A program made the translations under genes and the position numbers. The notes under the pieces are model-generated. The model worked only from the letters and a program-made list of their open reading frames with translations. It did no database searches and had not been told where the DNA came from. From assembly GCA_038227875.1 (NCBI GenBank), contig JBBRPR010000016.1:32001-96000 (forward strand): 64,000 nucleotides of DNA, written 5' to 3'. Positions 56,397 through 64,000 of the stretch are shown in pieces. Source of the DNA: Planctomycetota bacterium. GTDB lineage: Bacteria > Planctomycetota > SZUA-567 > H5-PLA8. Each line of letters opens with the position of its first letter. Position 1 is the stretch's first letter.

Positions 56397-57623
56397 ATGA
56401 AACGATTGACGTCGGCCTTGATCTGTGTGCTTCTCTGCTGTGCGGCGGCTTCAGTGCGCGCGGCTGACGACAGCAGCGGCGACATGTCGCTGGAACTTTA
56501 CCAGAAGATCAAGGGGCACTTCGACGTGCTTTACGGCGCCAGCTCCACGCTGGTCGCCGTCTCGCCGCCGAATAAAGCCGAGACCGAGAAGGCCCTCCGC
56601 GCCGACTGCGCTGAAAGCAAAGATGCGCTGATCAAGGCGCTGAAGTCCAAGAAATCCCTCCACCGCGAATTGGCCGCCCGGGCGCTGGAATACTGCGGCG
56701 ACAAGAAGGCCGCCGTCGAAGCGCTCAGCGCCGCGCTGAACGGCGACCCCGACGAATCCGTGCGCCGCGCCATCGCCGGAGCGCTGGCGAAGCTCCCCGA
56801 CGCCCGTGCCGTCGATGCCTTGATCAAGGGCTTGAGCGACACCGGCGATTCGATCCGCGGCATCTGCGCCTCGGCTCTGGGAAACATCAAAGACACCCGC
56901 GCCACCGACCCGCTCCTGAAGGTCCTGAAAGACGACGAAAAGCCGATCGTCCGCCTCCAGACGGCCCTGGCGCTTTCGAAGATCAAGGACCCCGCCTCGC
57001 TGGAACCGCTGAAGAAGGCCCTCGATCAGGAAAAAGACGAACGCGTCAAAATGGCCATCGCCGGTGCGCTCCGCGGCGTGATGAAGGACAGCGACAAGGG
57101 CGAAAAGGGCGACAAGGAAAGCGCCGAAGAGAAGGTCCCGACCGCCGGCGAAGCCGCCAACGAACTGGCTCAGCTGTCCAAGGAGATGAAGGAAGTCGAA
57201 GAGAAGCTGCGCGAAGACCGCCACGATCAGGCCGTGCAGGCACAGGGTACCGGTATCGAGAACAAGCTCGTCACGCTTATTGAGAAGATGAATAAGATGG
57301 GCAGCGGCCAGGGCGAAGGCAAGAAGGACGGCCAGGAACAGCGCCAGCAGCAGCAGCAGAGTCAGGGCAACCAGAAGAACAACGGTCCCAAGAACGCGGG
57401 CAGCGGCCTGAAGGACTCCCAGCTGGGCTCCTCCGTGCCCCAGGGCGCGATCAACGCTGCGATGGTTGCCGGCAAACAGGACGCCTGGGCCAAGCTGCCT
57501 CCCGCGCAGCGCGACGAACTGCTCCAGGCCTTCCGCGAAGACATGCCCATGCGCTGGAAGAAGCGCCTGGAAGCCTACTTCACCTCGATCGCCGCCGAAG
57601 AATCCAAGAACGACGGCAAGTAA
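56397..57623 (+). CDS. Secreted HEAT-repeat protein (paralog 1)
   Basis: Signal peptide; HEAT_2-like repeats; C-terminal WAKLPPAQRDELLQAFREDMPMRWKKRLEAYF. Confidence 0.88.
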   Translation: MKRLTSALICVLLCCAAASVRAADDSSGDMSLELYQKIKGHFDVLYGASSTLVAVSPPNKAETEKALRADCAESKDALIKALKSKKSLHRELAARALEYCGDKKAAVEALSAALNGDPDESVRRAIAGALAKLPDARAVDALIKGLSDTGDSIRGICASALGNIKDTRATDPLLKVLKDDEKPIVRLQTALALSKIKDPASLEPLKKALDQEKDERVKMAIAGALRGVMKDSDKGEKGDKESAEEKVPTAGEAANELAQLSKEMKEVEEKLREDRHDQAVQAQGTGIENKLVTLIEKMNKMGSGQGEGKKDGQEQRQQQQQSQGNQKNNGPKNAGSGLKDSQLGSSVPQGAINAAMVAGKQDAWAKLPPAQRDELLQAFREDMPMRWKKRLEAYFTSIAAEESKNDGK

Positions 57624-57640
57624 GCGCGCGCTTACGCGCG

Positions 57641-57673
57641 AGGGGTCAGGGGCCAGGGGTCAGGGGTCAGAGG
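57641..57673 (+). repeat. AGGGGTC heptamer tandem repeat
   Basis: aggggtc-aggggcc-aggggtc-aggggtc-agagg. Confidence 0.7.
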
Positions 57674-57978
57674 TGGGCGCGAGCACGGCAAAGTATTTTG
57701 TGCTTCGCGCGGTGGGGACTAAGTAGGCAGAAGGCAGTGGCAGTCAGCAGTACATGGCGCCCAGTGCCGGACGCGCCCCGCCGACGAAAAATTCATCATT
57801 CATCAATCATAATTCATCGTTCGCACTTCACCATTCTGCTCGAAATCCGGTGTACTCAAATAGACACGTCAAAGCCGACTCACAGGTGCCAAAACAATTC
57901 TTCGTATCATGCACAAAAAAGGGGACTTCTGGTACGCCATGTGGTTTGATGAAATACAGCACGTTCCGGAGGTCGCCC

Positions 57979-59280
57979 ATGCGCCAAACTTTCCGAACTT
58001 TCCACCTGGCCGACAGACCTGACTTGATTGGGTTAAATGGGCGTCTCAAACCGCGACGCTCAGACCTTCAGGCCCCGAGTCCTGAAGGTCCACCTCTCCC
58101 CCTTCTGACCTTGTCCTGCTCCCTTCTATTATGTCTGCTCACGTGCGTCGCACCTGCCGCGCAACCCACACCCGACCTGCCCCTTGATGTCTACCAGAAA
58201 CTGAAATCCGACTTCGACGCCCTCTACGGCGCCAACGCTACCTTGGTCTCCAACGCCCGAGCTCAAAGCCGCCAGGACGCTGAACGCGAACTGCGCGAGG
58301 ACGCCGCCGAAAACAAAGAGTTGCTGCTCATCGCCTTGCATTCGTCGGCGGGTCTCAAGCGCGAACTGTCCGTGATGGCGCTGGAATACTGCGGCGACAA
58401 GAAGGCCGTGGTCGACGCGCTGCAGCCGCTGCTTTCCGGTGATCCGGAAACCAGCGTCCGCCGCGCCACCGCGGCTGTCCTCGGCCGGCTCCCCGATGCC
58501 GCTTCTGCCGACACCCTGGTCAAGGCGCTCGACGATGCCGACGACATCGTGCGCGGCTTAAGCTCCGCGGCCCTGGGCAACATCCGCGACAACCGCGCCA
58601 TCCAGCCCCTGCTGCGCGTCTTGAAAGAAGACGCCAAGCCCATTGTGAGACTGCAGTCGGCCATGGCGCTGGCCCGGATCCAGGACGAAAGCGCCGTGAA
58701 GGGCCTGAAGGCCGCGCTGGATTCCGAAACCGATGAACGCGTCAAGACCGCCATCGCCGGAGCGCTCCGCGCCAGCCTCGGCATGGACGACGAAACCTCC
58801 TCGCTGCCGCCCGTCAGCCAGACGGCCAGTGAACTCGCGCAGCTGGCTCACGACATGAAAGAGGTGGAAGGAAAGCTCCGCGACGATCGTTACGACCAGT
58901 CGGTCCAGTCGCAGGGGCAGGGCATTGAAGACAAGCTCTCAACGTTGATCGACAAACTGGACGCACAATGCAACAGCAGTTGCTGTACACAGAAGAAACA
59001 AGCGCAACGCACCGGCAACAAGAACACCGCCAGCAAGAACAAGAATGCCGGCAGTCCGATGACCGACTCGCAGCTCGGCGCGTATGTGCCGCCGGGACCT
59101 CAAGGGAACGCCGTCGCGGCGTTCGTGACCGGCAATCAGGACAAATGGTCGAAGCTTCCGCCGGCGCAGCGCGACGAACTCTTCCAGGCCTTCCGCGAAG
59201 ACATGCCCGAACACTGGAAGCGCCGCCTCGAGGCGTACTTCACGTCCATCGCCGCCGAAGAAGCCGCCCGCGGGAAGTGA
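57979..59280 (+). CDS. HEAT-repeat protein (paralog 2)
   Basis: GGAGG before ATG 57979; colinear with paralog 1 (ALEYCGDKKA, KPIVRLQ.A.AL, WSKLPPAQRDELFQAFREDMP). Confidence 0.85.
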   Translation: MRQTFRTFHLADRPDLIGLNGRLKPRRSDLQAPSPEGPPLPLLTLSCSLLLCLLTCVAPAAQPTPDLPLDVYQKLKSDFDALYGANATLVSNARAQSRQDAERELREDAAENKELLLIALHSSAGLKRELSVMALEYCGDKKAVVDALQPLLSGDPETSVRRATAAVLGRLPDAASADTLVKALDDADDIVRGLSSAALGNIRDNRAIQPLLRVLKEDAKPIVRLQSAMALARIQDESAVKGLKAALDSETDERVKTAIAGALRASLGMDDETSSLPPVSQTASELAQLAHDMKEVEGKLRDDRYDQSVQSQGQGIEDKLSTLIDKLDAQCNSSCCTQKKQAQRTGNKNTASKNKNAGSPMTDSQLGAYVPPGPQGNAVAAFVTGNQDKWSKLPPAQRDELFQAFREDMPEHWKRRLEAYFTSIAAEEAARGK

Positions 59281-59281
59281 A

Positions 59282-59357
59282 GTTGCAGGCGGGACGCCAG
59301 CACCACAAATGTGACGCGTCCGAACAGTATTTGTGGAGCAGGCGTCCCGCCTGCAAC
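59282..59357. repeat. REP-like inverted doublet
   Basis: 29-bp arms GTTGCAGGCGGGACGCCAGCACCACAAAT / ATTTGTGGAGCAGGCGTCCCGCCTGCAAC. Confidence 0.8.
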
Positions 59358-59430
59358 CTTTTGTCCTTGCTCGCCACCCTTTTTCATTTTTACATTACAC
59401 ACTTTATCGCCGTGTGGTAATTAACTGTCC

Positions 59431-60357
59431 ATGTCATGGACTCGCAAACATCTGCTCGGCCTCGAAGAACTTTCGAAGGCGGAAATTCTTCAGATCCTCG
59501 ATAAGGCGCAGTCGTACAAAGACGTCTCGTCGGGCAACATCAAAAAGCTCCCCGTGCTCCAGGGGCGCTGCGTCGTCAACCTCTTCTTCGAGAGCTCCAC
59601 GCGAACCAGTAATTCGTTCGCGCTCGCGGCCAAACGCCTCTCGGCCGACACGATGAGCTTCTCGAGCTCCGGCAGCTCCGTCTCGAAAGGCGAGACGCTG
59701 ATCGATACGGCGCTGAACATCCAGGCGATGGGCATCGACGCGTTCGTCATCCGCCACTCCGCGCCCGGCGCACCGCACCTGCTGGCGCGCCACGTCAAGG
59801 TTCCGGTCGTCAATGCCGGCGACGGCTGCCACGAACACCCGACGCAAGGCCTGCTCGATCTCTTCACGATCCGCGAAGTCTTCAACAAGTTCGAAGGCCT
59901 GACCGTCTCGATCCTCGGCGACATTCGCCACTCGCGCGTCGCCCGCTCCAACGCGTGGGGTTTGAAGAAACTCGGCTGCCGCGTGATCCTCGCCGGCCCC
60001 CCGACGCTCATCCCGCAGGCCATCGGCGACGCGCTGGGCGTGGAAGTCAGTCACGACATCAATTCCGTGATCGAACAGTCCGACGTGCTCAACTGCCTGC
60101 GCATCCAGTTCGAACGCAAAGCTGCGACGTTCTTCCCGAGCACCCGCGAATACGCCGCGATCTACGGACTCAACGAAGAACGAATGAAGCGCTGCAAACC
60201 CAACGCGATCATCATGCACCCCGGCCCGATCAACCGCGGTATCGAACTGACGCCGGAACTCGCCGACGGCCCGCGCAGCGTGATCCTCGATCAGGTCGAG
60301 AACGGATTGGCGGTGCGGATGGCGGTGTTGGATCTGTGTATGACGGCGGCCTCATGA
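59431..60357 (+). CDS. pyrB: Aspartate carbamoyltransferase catalytic subunit
   Basis: FFESSTRT, NAGDG.HEHPTQ.LLD, GDIRHSRVARSN, MHPGPINRG. Confidence 0.97.
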   Translation: MSWTRKHLLGLEELSKAEILQILDKAQSYKDVSSGNIKKLPVLQGRCVVNLFFESSTRTSNSFALAAKRLSADTMSFSSSGSSVSKGETLIDTALNIQAMGIDAFVIRHSAPGAPHLLARHVKVPVVNAGDGCHEHPTQGLLDLFTIREVFNKFEGLTVSILGDIRHSRVARSNAWGLKKLGCRVILAGPPTLIPQAIGDALGVEVSHDINSVIEQSDVLNCLRIQFERKAATFFPSTREYAAIYGLNEERMKRCKPNAIIMHPGPINRGIELTPELADGPRSVILDQVENGLAVRMAVLDLCMTAAS

Positions 60358-60570
60358 ACCCGGAGGGTTCACAGCCATTAGCCGGTGGTTGAGCGCAGCG
60401 ATACCACCGGACAGATGCCCTTAACCGACTCAGCACCCCGGAGGGGTGCCAGCGGCGTCGAGGGCCGTAGTGCTAGCACCCCTGCCGGGGTGCTGATCGA
60501 CTGACACGACGTACCCGGTGGTGTCGCTTCGCTCAACCACCGGCTAATAGCTATGAACCCTCCGGGTTCA
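60355..60570. repeat. 216-bp nested inverted-repeat (REP/MITE-like) element
   Basis: The ends TGAACCCGGAGGGTTCA..TTAGCCGGTGGTTGAGCG and CGCTCAACCACCGGCTAA..TGAACCCTCCGGGTTCA are complementary; inner TCAGCACCCC/GGGGTGCTGA pair. Confidence 0.85.
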
Positions 60571-60583
60571 CTGGAGAAAACGA

Positions 60584-61906
60584 GTGTCCACTCTGCTTCT
60601 GAAAAACGGCCGCGTCTTCGATCCTTCCCAGAAATTGGACAAGGTCGCCGACATCCTCATCGACGTTGCAACAGGGACGATCGCGAAAATCGGCTCCGGC
60701 CTGTCCGGCGACACGACCCTCGACTGCTCCGGCAAGCTCGTCTGTCCGGGGTTCATCGACATCCATGTTCACTTCCGAGAGCCAGGCTTCGGCGCGAAAG
60801 AAACCATCGCCACCGGTTCGGCGGCGGCCGTGCACGGCGGGTTCTGCACCGTCGTCACCATGCCCAACACCGATCCGCCGATCGACAATCCGACCTCCAT
60901 CGCCTACCAGTACCTGCAGGCGCGCAACGCGGGCAAGGCGCGGCTCTTTCCGATGGGCTGTATCACCAAGGGACGCGCGGGCACGGAGCTCGCCGAGCTG
61001 GGCCTGATGGCGCTGCCCAACAGCGGTTACCCCGGCGCGGTCGCCTTCACCGACGACGGCGCGGCGGTGCCCAGCAGCCAGGTCATGCGCTCGGCGTTCG
61101 AGTACGCCCAGTCGCTCAACCGCGTCATCGTCGAACACTGCGAAGACCACGACCTCTCGCACGGCGCGATCATGCACGAAGGCAAGGTCAGCGCGGCGCT
61201 GGGCATCAACGGTTACCCCAGTGCGGCCGAAGAGATCATCGTCGCGCGCGACATCCGCCTGGCCAAGCTCGCCAACGCGCGCTTCCATGTCTCGCACATT
61301 TCCGCCAAGGGCGCCGTGCAGCTCGTGCGCGAAGCCAAGGCCAAGGGCGCGAAGGTCTCCGCCGAAGTCAGCCCGCATCATCTCCTGCTGACCGACGAAT
61401 GCTGCCGCGGCTTCGATCCCGTCTACAAGATGAATCCGCCGCTGCGTGAAGCCTCCGACGTCGAAGCGTGCCTCGAAGGCCTGCTCGACGGCACCATCGA
61501 CTGTTTCGCCTCCGATCACGCGCCGCACACGAGCGAAGAAAAAGCGCGCGAGTTCATCGACGCGCCCAACGGCATCATCGGCCTGGAATCGAATATCGCC
61601 GTGCTGCTGGCGAAGCTGGTGCTGACCGGCAAGATCCCGCTCGCCCGCTTCGTGGAAGCCTGGACCTCCGCGCCCGCCAAGTGCCTGGGCCTGGATCAGT
61701 TCGGCGTCACTGGCAAGCTGCTGGAGAAAGGCAACGCCGACATCACGGTCCTGGATCTCGATCAGGAATGGAAGCTCGACGCCGCGGTCTTCAAATCCAA
61801 AGCGCGCAACTGCCCGTTCAACGGCTGGGCCTTGAAGGGCGCGCCGGTCTACACGATCGTCGGCGGCGTGGTGCATGAGGCGATCGGGTTGACAGTCAGG
61901 AAATAG
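60584..61906 (+). CDS. pyrC: Dihydroorotase
   Basis: PGFIDIHVHFREPG, MPNT.P, EHCED, KMNPPLR, SDHAPH; GTG start after GGAG. Confidence 0.96.
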   Translation: MSTLLLKNGRVFDPSQKLDKVADILIDVATGTIAKIGSGLSGDTTLDCSGKLVCPGFIDIHVHFREPGFGAKETIATGSAAAVHGGFCTVVTMPNTDPPIDNPTSIAYQYLQARNAGKARLFPMGCITKGRAGTELAELGLMALPNSGYPGAVAFTDDGAAVPSSQVMRSAFEYAQSLNRVIVEHCEDHDLSHGAIMHEGKVSAALGINGYPSAAEEIIVARDIRLAKLANARFHVSHISAKGAVQLVREAKAKGAKVSAEVSPHHLLLTDECCRGFDPVYKMNPPLREASDVEACLEGLLDGTIDCFASDHAPHTSEEKAREFIDAPNGIIGLESNIAVLLAKLVLTGKIPLARFVEAWTSAPAKCLGLDQFGVTGKLLEKGNADITVLDLDQEWKLDAAVFKSKARNCPFNGWALKGAPVYTIVGGVVHEAIGLTVRK

Positions 61907-62029
61907 GTTTTTGTACTCACGCGGTGCCGCCCAGAATGGAAACCAGCGGGATTCGGGAATCGGGAATCGCCGTAGCCGAATCCCGCTCGTAGCAGCTTCG
62001 CAACTTGCGTGAGAAAAAAACCTCCGCAC

Positions 62030-62058
62030 TTGCACCCAGCCGCCACTGACTTTATCCT
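62030..62058 (+). promoter_or_regulatory. sigma70-like promoter for carA
   Basis: TTGCAC, 17-bp spacer, TATCCT. Confidence 0.5.
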
Positions 62059-62105
62059 CTGCGGGATTTGAGATTTTCAAGCCGTTCGCTTCGAGAAAGG
62101 ATTCC

Positions 62106-63260
<1,155 letters not shown>

Positions 63261-63266
63261 CGAACT

Positions 63267-63401
63267 GAGTCATTGGTCATTGGTCATCGGTCATCGGTCA
63301 TTTGTCATTTACGAAGAGCGTAGTTGCGAGCCCAAGCTCCTGCCTACCGCTCCACGTAAATGACAACTGACCGATGACCATTGCCCAATGACCAATGACT
63401 C
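63267..63401. repeat. Inverted heptamer-array element (GTCATTG / CAATGAC)
   Basis: 47-bp arms at 63267-63313 and 63355-63401. Confidence 0.88.
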
Positions 63402-63474
63402 TGTTTCACTTTCGTATGGTTTATAGCCCTAAGCCTCATACAATTAGTGCCGTCGTAGGATGAGAGGATCGGCT

Positions 63475-64000
63475 ATGCGACTCATTCCGCTGCTGGTGTT
63501 TGTTCTCGCGCTGGGATTGCGCGCTGAAGATGCGCCGGTTGTGGAATTGAGCGATCTGCCGGTCCAGGATCCCGCCTACGTCGATCCGCTGGCCCGCGAC
63601 GTGGCCTCTTCCACCGAGACTCTGAATTCGAACGATTTTCAGGCCGCTCAGAAGCAGCGTATCGAAGAGACGTTGTCCGCGAGCGAAGAGGTTTTTCGCC
63701 ACGCGCTGCGGCTGAACAATCGGCGTTTTGGTCTGCGCGGATCGGTCAATGAATATGCGATGCGCCGCCTCGAAGCGAACCGATCGACCATCGTGATCGT
63801 CCCGTTCGGCGCCGAAATCCGTTCCAAGGCGCTCGTGGCCTTCACGCGTAAGCTGCCCATCACCAGTCAACGCGTGGCGTTGCTGGCCGATGGTTCCATC
63901 GTTCGCGTCGAGAACACCGCGCAGCTCCACGCGCTGATCGCCTCGACCCTGCGCAACAGCCACTGCACCATCGAACTCCGCCGCGACTGCACGCCCGATG
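63475..64000 (+). CDS. Hypothetical secreted protein (3'-partial)
   Basis: GAGGA RBS, MRLIPLLVFVLALGLRA-EDAP signal peptide, open to the window end; absent from the ORF track. Confidence 0.7.
   Translation, partial: MRLIPLLVFVLALGLRAEDAPVVELSDLPVQDPAYVDPLARDVASSTETLNSNDFQAAQKQRIEETLSASEEVFRHALRLNNRRFGLRGSVNEYAMRRLEANRSTIVIVPFGAEIRSKALVAFTRKLPITSQRVALLADGSIVRVENTAQLHALIASTLRNSHCTIELRRDCTPD

Noticed and set aside
57754..57978. N-terminal extension of HEAT paralog 2
   Set aside because: It translates repeat-derived, AT-rich intergenic DNA; the GGAGG RBS supports ATG 57979.
59360..59430. PyrR-type attenuator before pyrB
   Set aside because: No pyrR gene and no PyrR-binding loop or terminator in the short leader.

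Overview
GC-rich bacterial chromosomal window, most likely Planctomycetota/PVC. This is inferred from a Minf_1886-type Verrucomicrobia/Planctomycetes protein, a PQQ-like propeller, a Ser/Thr kinase and a giant DUF4175-like protein. Housekeeping genes (metG, rsmE, comF-like, DAHP synthase, hpnA/hpnG-like, tmk, holB, panD, pyrB-pyrC-carA) are interleaved with lineage-specific membrane or secreted proteins and many small inverted-repeat elements. No tRNA, rRNA, CRISPR array or transposase was seen. Four leader-peptide/terminator (attenuator-like) structures are visible that the ORF track misses: (1) a Tyr/Phe/Trp-rich leader before DAHP synthase; (2) a 45-aa leader before an ABC exporter-DUF1854 operon; (3, 4) a tandem, serially arranged pair on the minus strand at 41604-42415. 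In that pair each cassette is a Cys-containing leader peptide, an antiterminator/terminator switch and a tiny CxxC...CxxC zinc-ribbon protein. It is the best candidate for an undescribed system. A 98-bp MITE-like element with a CTAA target duplication is inserted in frame into the 5' end of tmk, with a second copy at 45613-45709. Family names come from recalled motifs, not database searches.
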